NCBI GenBank assembly: GCA_036172245.1
Contig: JAYWIR010000011.1
Coordinates: 3,720,001-3,784,000, forward strand
Length of the DNA: 64,000 nucleotides
Reading direction: 5' to 3'
Source: Raillietiella orientalis
Lineage: Eukaryota
The position numbers were made by a program, and so were the translations under genes. This document shows positions 50,990-62,489 of the stretch, piece after piece; the stretch's first letter is position 1, and every line of letters begins with the position of its first letter. The notes beneath the pieces were generated by a model, which had not been told where the DNA came from, did not search any database, and saw nothing but the letters and a program-made list of their open reading frames with translations.

Positions 50990-52430
50990 GAATGGGAAGG
51001 GGGATGAAACAAAAATAGAAAATGAAAACAAAGTGTAACCAACAACAAAAATACAAAAATTAGTTGAGGGGAAAGGAAGGGATCACATTTCGTGGTGGGT
51101 GAAGCCTCTGCATCCGTTGAAGGATGCTGGCGAGCTCCTTCTTCTCCCTTTACAGGTGGATCCACCTAAAAGCTATCTGCAGGAAGCGGATGGCGTGCAG
51201 GGCAGCCCCCGTCGCTACGGTCTCTCTCGGCGTCCCACTTCGTCGCGACGACACCGCGCACGCAGCCCAGCGCTGCGATTGCGGCTGTGGGCGTCATGGC
51301 GTCCCGCACGAAGAGGAAACTCGAAGAGTCACTGGGATCGTATACGAGGTGCGGAAGGGAAGCAGGAAACGTTCCCACAAGTCCCGGAGGGCGACGCACT
51401 GCACTATGAGGTGGGGGAATATCTCTTTCTCCACACACCTGGCACAGTTCGGCGATGCGCTTCCCCTCGTCCAGTGGTGCCGGCGCGCATTGCACGGGAG
51501 ACCGCAGTGCAGTATCAGCAGCGCCGAATGCTGCCACTTGAGGGGAAGCAGCTTTCTGTCTATAAACACTTCCAACTCTTCGGGCTAAATGGAGAAGAGT
51601 TCGCTCCAAGTCCACGTTCCAGTCCCTTGGAGATGGTTCTTGCTGTTGCCGCGTCAGCCAGCTCACGCGGTGTCCAGCCACCGATAGGTTTCCTGCGGGC
51701 CGAGATCTTTCAGGAAACTTCCCATTTTGCCGGTAGGCAAATGCCATATACCTGAATAGCGGAGGACACCCCTGTGGCAAAGGGGGTGGCTAGCGGGTCG
51801 GTCAACATAGTCAGCTCACTACCCACCGACTCCAATGTTCTTCCTCTGAAACTCTCAGCAGGGGGTAACTTCCAACGGGGCTCGGGTGAGCTGGGCCCCC
51901 ATCTTCCCTTTCTCCTGTCGCCAGGCCGGAGTGCTCGCAGGGTGGCGGGAAATCCATGTGTTCGTTTTCGCCAGAGCAGCGACACACCGGAGAGGGAAGC
52001 CGCAAGATGGGAACCGGCGGTGGTGACACGCAAACAGGGCTGCCAGTACTTCGCCAACGACCGCCAGCCAGGAGAGCAAACGTGCAGGGATGCATCAATG
52101 GGTGGCCCGGTTCTGTGCCACGAAGGTCAGTCTTCGGAAGTTCAGCTGAACTTCCATGCACTCCAACGTCAGGAGTCCAAGTCCTCCGTCGCGACGAGGA
52201 GCGCACAAGTCTTGTAATTGGACTCGGGACCACCCATTACCCCAGAGGGCTTTATGAAGGAGGCCCTTCGTCCTTTTCACCACACCGTGGGGAGCGGAGC
52301 AAACAAGGGTGATGTGATCGCAACAGTCGCTTGCATCCGCTCCATAGTGACAGTCCTCCATGTGTTGGAATCACGCTCGCGGCGAAGAGAGTTGTTTATT
52401 TTTACAATGAAGGTCCCTGCGAGACTGGGT
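50990..52430 (-). mobile_element. Tx1/L1-clade LINE, 3' part of ORF2 (thumb, zf-RVT-like finger) plus T-rich 3' UTR
   Basis: ALWGNGWSRVQLQDLCAPRRDGGLGL (52095..52361-; the L1/Tx1 FLW..V..L..P..GGLG motif), then KWQHSALLILHCGLPCNARRHHWTRGSASPNCARCVEKEIFPHLIVQC; frameshifted. Confidence 0.85.
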
Positions 52431-52699
52431 TAAAACCTTAAAGCTCACGCTTGGTCCTTCTAAGAACAGCAGATGCAGTTCAGTGCCATTGCACGAAATC
52501 CACGTTGGTTTCGTACATCTCTCAGTTTTATGTACATCACGCCTTTGTGAAGGATTTTGCGATCTTGGGTAAAAGAACATGAGGGATGTCACTTACCTTA
52601 ATCTGCGAAAGCACCTGCTCACCTTTCAAACCGCATCCCATCATTGGTGTCCGTTGCGGTCTTCAAGTGAAAAAAAGGAAGATCTGGCAAATAGTGCAC

Positions 52700-53090
52700 G
52701 AGCAAAGCTAGAGTTCCAGAGTCTCTATTAGCCTTCGATGCCTTTTTAGAAAAAAGAAGCGATTTTCCTTTCTCCTATGTCGACTGTCTTCGTGTTGTTC
52801 GAAAGTAAGGAGAGTGCGACGATGCAAGGCATGCAGTTTCCAGAACGGGGAGCATTGGGTACCCCAAACTTCAGTTCCGAATAACAGGTAAACTGTCGCT
52901 ACGTAAGCCCGAAACTTGAAAAATGGACAACTCGACAGCATTCGTCTTCCATGCATGCGAGGATTTGGATGCTGCCAGCCGTAGAGCGCAGGAAACTCCC
53001 AAAGACAGGTTTTCGCTCAACAAGAACGCATACCAAAAGGAATATGAGATCCTGAAGCCAATATAGAGCACTGAAATGCAAGAAGAATAA
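52700..53090 (-). mobile_element. Possible nested CR1/L2/RTE-X-type RT thumb fragment
   Basis: LLSENLSL.. then AYVATVYLLFGTEVWGTQ..WKLHALHRRTL, resembling lDenLsw..Y..l..L.YG.EVWG..kL..lq.r. Confidence 0.35.
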
Positions 53091-53269
53091 ATGGAATAAA
53101 TTGCATCACTTATGCCAGCGAAGTTCCGGAGGTGTCTTGAAATGCTTCTGGAAATTACTCGACGTGTCTTCACATTCAAGCTCTTTCTGCTGTCTAAGAG
53201 TAGCGAAGGCTGCCTGCTGTTTTCGAACGGAGGGGTGACACCCGGCATTACCAGTTGCCCTTCTGGATT

Positions 53270-54650
53270 AGCAGGTCCGCACGGATGTTCAAATCCATTC
53301 CGAGGATGTAGAATTGGTTTGCAGACGGTGGTAACAGCGTTGCCGAGTCTTGCAGTTTGATCTTAGCCAAAAGTCCGAGAAACGACCTAGTTGCTAGGAT
53401 CAACAAAAAAGCCTGGAAACGTTGGCACCCTTGCTTTCCTCCAAGCAGCCGAGGTCTGAAAACTGTTCGATGCTCGGGTAGTTTCAGGGCACACTGCGCT
53501 GGAGGTGGACGTCCCTTCATGCTGAGCACGGCCCGTCCTTCCCGGAGCCAAACAACCTTGAAACACCCGAAGACCACGGAGGGAGAGCAAGTATCAAAAA
53601 CTTTCTTTTTTCCAAGCAAGCACTGCGCACTCGCTCTGCATGATCCATGCAAAGCTGGGAACCGGGAGCGAACGACGGGATGTTGAAGGATAGAAAGATT
53701 CTCCGAAGCCGGCTAAGGCACGTCAGGAAGGGAGGTGGTGCAGCATGCGGCGCTCTCTCGCGGCGTGTACTGGAAACGTTGGTAGTGAGAAACAACCCTC
53801 CGGGCACCGTAGTCATTCCCTGAGGAGCAGATGGAGAGGTTGGCCATACTGTGCCTATCGTTTGTGCGCTGCGAAGAAAGCTGAAGGGGTTTCCAGGGAG
53901 AGAGACTCTTCAAAGTCACCTGCTCCCTTCCGAAGATTCATTGTACCTGACCTTTTCATTACGACACATCTTTCCTCTCGAAAGAATGGCAACCTGAGAT
54001 CAGTTTCCTCCAGCTGCTTTGGCGCACCCCTGGGCTGCTTCTTCTCTCACTCTGACACGCTTCCTTGTGAACCAAGTCGCTCTGATGGCTGACCAATGCC
54101 CTCAGTGTTCAGGTGTCCATGCATTCGCGCAAGAGTGCTGGGCTTGTTCCATAGCCACTTGGCGGAGTGCCAGTTCTTTACGCGCTCGGCACTGTTTCAG
54201 TGAATCGCAGCAACCAGCGGCGCCACCGCTGCTGCAGAACGTGAAAGCAGCAGTGGCTCTTTGCCATCTTGCAGCCTGTCCTCGTTTTCCATTAGATGAT
54301 TCCTGCTTGCTGTAGCCTGTCCGTTTCCTCTCTCTCTTGTTTTCCGAATTTTCCTGTATCCAATTCTCATTGGTTCATCGGGAATCGTGGCGGAATCACC
54401 CTGAGATTCGTGAAAACGGAGATGAATATTCATAAGTCGGGCCGTTTTTTCTTCGCAGCGTGCCGGGAAGGTGCGGGATGCCGTAATTCCGTAACGATTT
54501 GCTCCACTTCTCTGGAGAGTGCGTCCCCGCTCTCAGATTGCAACTTTCTTGCTGACGGCGCAGCCAATCGTCGGATGCTGGCGCTGGTGCAGCTAGGTTT
54601 CTCCCCTCGCGGGTTGTCTGAGCGGCCGCGGGACTCCCGGAAGACGGGTG
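53270..54650 (-). mobile_element. Tx1/L1-clade LINE ORF2 reverse-transcriptase region (decayed)
   Basis: Ordered motifs across frameshifts: PSRHAAKKKR; ELALRQVA..TPEH*GHWSAI; RKGAGD/LKSLSPWKPLQL (NWRPISL); VVSHYQRF; LLGKKKVFD (LD.KKAFD); GGKQGC (GVRQGC); IRADLL (YADD-like). Confidence 0.62.
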
Positions 54651-55299
54651 GCACTCGATGGAGCCGGTGCCGTCGTCGCGCGCGGCGCGAAAGGAGGGCG
54701 CGTCCACGGCGGCGAGGAACGTGGAGGGGCCGCGCGGCAACGGGATGGGCGGAGGATGCGAAAGGAGCGCACCTGTTAGTGGTCGAAATTGCATCTGAGG
54801 CCGGCGTCTTTGCAAAGCAATCATGTTTCGCAACGGCCTGTTGATTTTCCTTGTTGACTCGCCATGCATGTGCATGGAAGGAGACGTTTCGTCCATCAAC
54901 TCGTTTATCAAAAGGCTTGCCTCAGATTGAAAAGGCATCCTCTCTTTGATTGCGGATGCTTCGGGTGTGCACACACAAAGCACCGCTTTCTGGTGAGGAA
55001 AACGCGCGAATAAGGCGGAAGAATCGTTAGCTCTCTCCTCTCAGTTTGCTCTTCCTTTTCCTTTTTTTTTTCGTTTTTTTCAAGCCAAATCATCACACGC
55101 AAAGTTCTTGATGAGTCCGTCTTGTCTTTAAGGGCGAGACCAGGTGTAACTGCAGAGGAAAGACAAACACGCATTCGTTCCGGCGTGTGTGGAACGTTGG
55201 CTACAGATGCATAAATCATGCATATTCCCTTTGGTGTGGAAACGTGTGCATCGATTTTTGCTGTGCAAACAGGATGATCTCCGGTGTGGCTTCCATCGC

Positions 55300-56250
55300 G
55301 CCACATCGCGGCATAAGTTTCCCGGATGTCCCTTCTGGGGAAAGCGATGCTCTCCTCTTCCTCTTCCTACTCGCTTGGCTCGCTTTTCGATGGTGTGATC
55401 CGATCGGCTGCGGAGAACTTTTTGCAGACTCCTTTTCCTTGGCCCACCGCTCTCGCCGGACAGGAAGAAGCTGGACTGACCTCGACAGGTTCCCAAGAGA
55501 CCTCCTCGTGAAGGGGGGTCGTTTCCCTGAGGGCTCGCTGCTCAGAAGCCAAGCTCGGATGCCGGGCCGCGGCTCCCGACCGGCAGACGGAAGGAAATCT
55601 CTCGTTTCTCCTTCCTAGCAGGGCTGCAGGAGGGGACTACTTTTCGCCTGACGGGGAAGGCTTGTCGGATGACTGGAGATGGGTGGATGCGGACTTCCTG
55701 CTGCTCGCAGCGACGACCAGGGCACCCGGATTTTGAATGGAATTCGAAGTGGTGACCTAATCCTTAGATTTACACGTGGAACAACGAGGTTCTCTCAGTG
55801 AGATCTGGCGCGGCGTGATGTTGACCTTGTCGCAAGCCTGGTGGGTGAGGGGCAGTCCGACGCCGAATACCCAGGGCTCCCCTGATCCCTTTGGAAGAGT
55901 TTGGATATCCGGGTCTCTTGCGTGGCTGGGTATCGTGCAGCGGCTACCTGAGCAGGATGGAGAGCTCCGGAGGGCCCGCTGGATGAAGCAGCAGGAATGC
56001 ATGGAGGGCGCAGAGACCGGAAGCTCGAGGACGCGAATGGTCGAGTCCGCCGTTTTTTTCTTTCCCCGCCTCTGGAAGCCCTACCGGAGCATCCCTCCCG
56101 CCGCGACAGGGCAAGACAACACTCTCTTCTTCCGCGGAAGGCCGGGAGGGCCATCCGGGGTCGTCCAAGAGAGTTTTCGTTCGATCATCGACGGAGCGCA
56201 GAGGCGGTTCCATGACGGAACGCTCCTGCGGGTACGGGGCCGAGACCCCG
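55300..56250 (-). mobile_element. Possible Tx1-type ORF1 (gag-like, two degenerate zinc knuckles)
   Basis: TIPSH..GEPWVFGVGLPLTHQACDKVNITPRQISLREPRCSTCKSKD*VTT resembles IPs..vfy.GqP.tC..C...H..C...prC..C...H, followed by a low-complexity S/P/R-rich tail. Confidence 0.42.
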
Positions 56251-57164
56251 AGCTCGCCATTAATGCTGATTGAGCAACACTTTGGCATGAATGTTTCATT
56301 GAAACTGATGGTCGAATTCCTAATTGTTATTAATGCTGGCGCTCCGCGGACTGGCCGAGGTGCCCTGCTCTGTCCGGTGCGGGGGTCAACACTTCAATAA
56401 TTGAGCTGCCTGGGCGGCGGGGGGGAGGAGGAGGAAGGCGCCTGCAGCCTTCGTGCGTGCCAACAATGGCAGCGCCCGCCACCGCCGCCTGCCGCCCTTC
56501 GCGAGGCGCGCGAGGCTCTTGGGCACGTGGCCGCAGGGCCCCTCCTGGGTTCCCGCGAAGTCCCGCAGCCCTCCATCTGTCCTCTCTCGTTCGTCGGATA
56601 GGGGCCCGAGGTCTTCTCCGGAAGGTGCGACCTTCCCGCCCCTTCCTTCTCTCCTCCTCGCCCCCCCCCCCCTTCCTCTCGTTTCCCGTTTTCTTCTTGC
56701 CGCGAGAGGGGAGGGGGGAGGAAAGCACCCCGGAGCGGGGCATTCATCTTCGTCGCCCCCGGCTCCGAAGCGGAAGGAGAGAGATGGGAGAGGCCGCTTC
56801 GCGGGCATTAATCAAACTTCCGTTTCCTCCGTTCGGCGGCGCGTGGGATGGATGGATGGATGGCGGCGGACGGAGCGAAGTTTGGTGCAAACAGAGACCG
56901 TCCGTCCCGAGTTCTCCGAGCAGTCAGCGTCCAGGATGGTCGGTGGGCGGCGTGTGGGGCGCGCGGGCCCCGGACGGAGGCACCTAAGGGAGGGGGGGAA
57001 GGGAGAAGGGGTAGGGGGAGGGGGGAGGGAAGCTACTCCTGCATTCGAGGAAAGGAGGGGTGGGCGAGCTTCTCCGTCGCCCCTCGCCACCGCACGCGAT
57101 TCCGTGCAGCACCTTCACCGGTCCGGCGGCGAGCCTTAGACTGGAGGCGCACGACCGCGACATT

Positions 57165-57170
57165 TTTATT
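57165..57170 (-). terminator. Candidate polyadenylation signal (AATAAA) of NPFR
   Basis: tttatt on the + strand, ~295 nt downstream of the NPFR stop, in otherwise GC-rich sequence. Confidence 0.45.
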
Positions 57171-57463
57171 GTTCCACTATGTGCCTGAGGTTTCCAGTCA
57201 CTGAAGAAGCACTGGGGGCAAGGCTCCGGGGAGTGGAGGGGAGGGGTTGGGCCGCGCGCATTCCGCCGCCGTTGCCGCCCTTGGGGGGGGAGGAGCGAAA
57301 ACCAGCTTGGCAGTTCCCGCCGCCGATACGCGAGCACTTGTTCGGAAGGCGTTTGCTTCGGGGAAGGGGTCCGTGTGTCAGGGGGATACTACGGAAAAGA
57401 GGGAGGGCCACTCCGAAAGGGGAAGGACGGGAGACGAGGGGGGAGGAGGGGGCGTTCGCCTCA

Positions 57464-58786
57464 TTAGGTGGCCGGAGCCGAGGATCCCTTCGTCGCGAGC
57501 GGTGGAGCCTTCGATTTCAGGAGCGCCAGCTCTTCGTTGTTGTCCTCTCCGTAGTGGGCGCCCTCGTAGGTCTCGTTCTGGTGGTCCCACTGGCGGGGAG
57601 GATTTCTCGAGTCGCTGCCCCCGCAGCTCGGCGCGTACTGCTGCCGCGGGTTTGCGACGGCGTGCAGGGCGTGCGCGTTCCCGCGCTTGCCCGCCGCCCC
57701 GGGAGGGCGCAAGCGGCCGCTGCGCACGCACACCGAGCACATGTCCTTGAACTCCTCCTTGAAGTTATTATTCAACCATCCATAGAAAATCGGATTGAGG
57801 CACGCTGAGCTCATCCCGAACATGTGGCAGAAGGCGAAGGTCACATAGAGCACTTGCGTGTCCAGCGAGCCGTACAGCTCGCCGCCAAAGTCCAAGGTCA
57901 GGTTGTATATGTTCAGGGGCAGCCAGCAGATGCCAAAGACCAGCCCGATGGAAAGGAACAGGAGGTTGGTCCTCCTCACTCTTTCGTTCTCCTTCTTGAT
58001 CTTGGCCTCCGATTGCTTTCTCAGATTATCCGATATGCGCTTTTTCAGTCTCTTCCCTATTTTCCCGTAAACCACGCTCACTATGAGAATAGGGAGCAGG
58101 TACTGGAAAGACATGGAAAATAGAGAGTAAACCGCGCGCCCGTACTTAGTAGGCCATTCTTCCACGCAAAATTCCAGCTTCCACACCATCTTCTCAGTGT
58201 TGAACTCGTGATAGTTCGTTGTTCTCGAGAACGTCAGTGGGGAGGCCAGGACAGCGGCCACGACCCAGATGCCGACCAGGAAGGAGATGGAGCCGAGGGG
58301 ATTGTTGTAAGTCTTGGCGGGATACAGGATCACTTTGTATCTGTCCAGTGCGATCGCCGTGATGTTCATGGTGGACACGAAGATGCTGACGGCCTGCATA
58401 GAGCCGACGAACTTGCACATGACCTTGCCGAACAGCCAGTACCTGCTCACGATCTCGAGCAGGGTGAAAGGCATGGTGAAGAGGCACAGGAAGAGGTCGG
58501 AGATGGCGAGGTTCAGGATGAAGAAGTTCCTCAAGGAGCGCATTTTCGGGTTGCGGACGACAGCGCAGATGACCAGGCTGTTGCCGATGCTGCCGGCGAG
58601 TATGAGGCAGGCGTAGCAACACACCAGGCTCACGAAAGCCGTCTCCGTGACCTTGCGGTTCTGCCTGTAGTCCTCAAAGATGGAGACGTCGATGATGTCG
58701 CTGGCGTTGGGGAAGTCCTCCGGCTCCGACTTGGACAGCGCCGGGTCGTCGCGGCCCGCCGGGAAGCCGAACTCCACCGCATCCAT
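57464..58786 (-). CDS. NPFR: Neuropeptide F receptor (NPY-receptor-like class A GPCR), 440 aa, single coding exon
   Basis: Seven hydrophobic segments; GN (TM1), RNFFILNLAISDLFLCLFTMPFTL (TM2), MCK..LDRY (TM3), ECL2 FCVEEWP, FQYLLP (TM5), FGICWLPLN (TM6), CHMFGMSSACLNPIFYGWLNNNFKEEF (TM7/H8). The TM2 and TM7 strings match arthropod NPF receptors rather than sNPF receptors; N-glycosylation site NAS; strong GC3 bias. Confidence 0.93.
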   Translation of the reverse strand: MDAVEFGFPAGRDDPALSKSEPEDFPNASDIIDVSIFEDYRQNRKVTETAFVSLVCCYACLILAGSIGNSLVICAVVRNPKMRSLRNFFILNLAISDLFLCLFTMPFTLLEIVSRYWLFGKVMCKFVGSMQAVSIFVSTMNITAIALDRYKVILYPAKTYNNPLGSISFLVGIWVVAAVLASPLTFSRTTNYHEFNTEKMVWKLEFCVEEWPTKYGRAVYSLFSMSFQYLLPILIVSVVYGKIGKRLKKRISDNLRKQSEAKIKKENERVRRTNLLFLSIGLVFGICWLPLNIYNLTLDFGGELYGSLDTQVLYVTFAFCHMFGMSSACLNPIFYGWLNNNFKEEFKDMCSVCVRSGRLRPPGAAGKRGNAHALHAVANPRQQYAPSCGGSDSRNPPRQWDHQNETYEGAHYGEDNNEELALLKSKAPPLATKGSSAPAT

Positions 58787-61700
58787 CCTTCACTCGAGTT
58801 TCCCTCTCAGTGCATCTCCCCTTCCTCGACCGGGAGAGCAGCCGGAATCCCCACTTGCTACCGTGTGCGCTCAACACTTGCAACTGAGGCTCCCCGCGGA
58901 CACCGCGCCAGCGTCATTCCAGGCTGCGACGGGAGAGGCACATGCGCGGAACGCGCACGTCTCCGAGATGCAGGCTGGTCGCAGTCCCCGCCGGAGCGGA
59001 AGAGCGACAGCTGCGGGAGAGCACCTGTAGCTGCAGGTTAACCGAGTTCCTTCCCCCCCTTTCCCTACAGCTAGCTTCTCGACGGCGGATTCTGGACCGG
59101 AGGCCCTTCCTTGGACAGCCTGGTCAATCTCCCGCGAGCGGATGTTCCAGGAGGGAGAGCTCGTGTCGGTCGTCCCTCGTGTCTCCTCCCCCCGCATGTC
59201 GGGTTGGATAAACGCGAACGAGGAGAGAGGAGGAGAAAAAAAAGGACAGGAAGATGAAATAGAGACGCGTCAGGGACGTCAGCTTCTTCTTCCCATCCCA
59301 TCATCTCCATCTTTTCTCGTCCCCCTTGGAGAAGCAGCGAAAGAGAGAGCTCTGGGAAGGGAAATCCCCACTTGCTTCTCGGTCTTCTTCTCCCACGCCT
59401 CCTCGATGGGAGCACCCGGATTTTCTCAAGGGTGCCAGCAGCCTACCGCACAACCTTATCGAGGACGTGTGGAAGATTTTCCCGACAGCAGTTCCCTAAA
59501 GAATTCCTTCCTTGCCCTCCCTGCTCACCTGCCCCCTACCTAGGCGGGGGCACCGCGGGATGGCCTTGCGTTGAACGGCGGAAGAAGTTGGAAGGAACGC
59601 GAAGGCACTCGGACCGTTGAGGAATTCGGCGTGCACCTCCGCGGCAGTCCGCAATGCCACCCGGCGGACGTCCTCCGAATGGAGCTGCGGAAGAGCCGAT
59701 CGCGACCACGCACGCGCAACTTCCTCCCGCGCGGGCGCGAGCCGGAAGTGTCCCCGAGGAAGAGGGGTGGAAGTGGATTCTTTGAGGCCTTCTAGTCCAC
59801 TCAGTGGCGCCTCCGAGAGACGCTCCGTTGTTCGTCGCCGTGCCCTATCCGCGTGCACCAAGCGACAGACCTGCGACATGTGAGCTGCTGGGAGCAGCGG
59901 CTCTCGGCTGCTCCCTCCCTGAGCTGCGTCCTACAACTCTCCTGCTTTCCTTCCTCGCGGAAAGGGCTGCTCGCTCCGTAAGCGGGAAAGCAGCTGCGCA
60001 CTTCCGGGTTCGGGACGGAAGCGGGGATTTTTGTTTTTTCCCCCAGGCACTCCCGTTCTCCTTTCGGTTTCGCTTCATAGGAGCTCACAATGCCCTCGCG
60101 GTCTCGAAGGGGGCGCAGAGAGGAGCGGAAGAGGACTGATTCAGGGGAAGTCCAGTCTCTCCCTTCCACCGTCTTGCTACGTCCCTCCGGAATTCTCTTC
60201 GGCGAAAGCTGGAAGCGCTTCCCTCTAGGTCGTCACGGGAAACTGGTCCCACGAGCTGGAGTCCTTCGTCCTCCGAACAGTGCACTGGCTGAGCCCCGAG
60301 GGGTCTCTGAGTAGGGAGGGAGGGAAAGAGCTGCTGTTGGTGGCTGCGACAAGCGAAAAGGGCCCCATACGGCGTCCTCGGTACTTTCTTTTAGAACGTC
60401 CCCACATCTCTGATTCCAGGCACTCCTTGTGCCTCCCTTGCGCTCACTGACTCTTTCCTCGTCTTCTACCTCCCCTTTATACCGCGTCAACTACTTCCGC
60501 GTTCACCCATCGGGTCTCCCTCGGCGAAAGTGAACCTGTGGAACAAGAACTCAAGGATCAGAGTCTTCACTTGACTTCCTCCCTCCCAGAGGGACTAAGA
60601 CATCAGCAGGAGCCCATTCCCTAAATCCCTGACGCAGTTCTGTGGCACAAGCGCTCAACGGTAGTAAAGGGAGAATGCGAGCGAAGGCAACTTCCACTGC
60701 AGCTTCCCACCAGCAGCAATCCCAACGGAAACAAACGTGCAGAAATCAGCATCCTGCGGATGTCTGCAATTATCAATGGAATTCCTCTTGAAGGACAAAC
60801 CCTGGTCTTGACAGTCCTGCGTCTCCATTCTGGAAGATCTGCTTCAAAGGGATGCTGCTCGCCTCCAGCCGCACACTGCGCACCCTGAGAACGGAGGGCG
60901 GATTGCATCCTTTTCGTCTTCAGGCGCCGGGGAGAAGGGACGTCACCGATGGATCCAGTCCAAAAGCCACGTCCCAAGCTAGCAAGAGTGGAGACACTTG
61001 CCTACCTTTAGTCGGGGCAGCAGAAGGGAAGATTCTTGTTCCGCGCCACACATTGAGCAGCGCCGCGCACCGCTTCACGCGACCCGGCTGCGAATTCCGG
61101 AGGAAAAGAGATCGGCGACGGAGCAGCCCTTTGCGATGGACTTTCGAGGAACGCATCATCTCCACGTTCGCGAGCCGCACCCCTCACCATTCCAAGAAAC
61201 CACTGTGCCCTGCTCAGTGTCCGCAGTTCTTGCGCAAGACGGACGAGGCGTTCCTCCTCGAACTCTCAGAGACATCGCTGCCGGTCAAGCATAGACGCTA
61301 CGTGGCGCCACGTGTTCGAGGAGGCCGTTTTCCGCTCAGCTTCTCTCCGCAGGGTCCGCGGGTCCGCGATGAAGCAAGCGCCTGTGCAAGTGTGAGCGCC
61401 GCAGAAGAGGAGAGCAGCTGGTTGCCGGCGGGTGGGGATGGCCGGCAAAGAGCGCCAGACGAGGCCGCTCCAGTGAACGCTGCATCCGTTGCCGAAAACT
61501 GCGACTGTGCCCCGCACGGGTCCATTCGGGGAGAAGATTCGCTTCGAGCGCGAGGTGGCAGAGAGGCAACGTTCCAAGGCGACGCTTCGAGGGGTCAACG
61601 GAGTGTCAGCACGCACGCAAAGAAAAGAGGGGTTGAACCAAGCGGCATGCAGCAAGCAGCGAAAGAGGAGCACTGGAAACATGGAAAAGCAGGAAGAGCC

Positions 61701-62489
61701 GAGCGTTCAGCTGCCAGTATGGCAGCTTCCAGGAACCGCGAGGGACCAGCTGGGACTCAGCAAGGGTTTCAACGAAAATGAAGCAGCATAAATCAAGGAG
61801 CGGAGTCCCGAGTTCCCAACTTCTGATCACCATCGATAGACGGCCGGATAAACGGGACAGCCTTGTTCACCGAGGTCAGAGGTGGCAGTTCCCTCCCTAA
61901 GCGGCGCAGAACGTGCTCTGCTGTGCTGTGCTGATCCTGCGGCACCCCGTGCTCCGCAGCCGCAGGATTCTCTTGCGAAAGCGCAGCAAGTCGGTTCCGC
62001 CCCTCGCTATGAGGGCGGTCCAACCCATGACCCTCGTCCCTCTTCGGTTGTTCTTTGCTAACAAAACAGGGTAAAGGCGAGTACCACCACGTTCCCTGAA
62101 ATCCGCCTGATTTTTCCGTGCCCTCCTTCGGACGAGGATGCGTTTCGTAAGCTCACCTCAGTCCGTCCTGGCACATGCCCTGAAGGCGTTGAAGCTCGAA
62201 TGGACTACCGCTCTTCTGATGTGTACTCTCTCCTGCTTCCATTCTGCGACGCAGGGGATGAGGAAGGCGCGGACATTCTTGCACGGAACGAGGTCGATCA
62301 CCTGCCGGCGCGCGGGTGTTTCGATGAGAAACGCGTCGGGCGAAGAACGACTCAGCGCCAAGAGAGCCCCTATCCCAGGATCCGAAGGGGCAGATCGCGT
62401 TTTGAGGAATTCCCTGCGAGGAGGTCAACCCATCACGCACTTCCTTGCGGGCACTGCTCGTCGTTGCCTGCAGCATGCTGAGCTGCTCG

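Noticed and set aside
57179..59041. Long + strand ORFs (57179..57808, 58208..59041) overlapping NPFR
   Set aside because: Antisense shadows caused by the high GC3 of the receptor gene.
60852..61781. 309-aa ORF upstream of NPFR
   Set aside because: R/S/A-rich composition typical of chance ORFs in GC-rich DNA; no recognisable domain.
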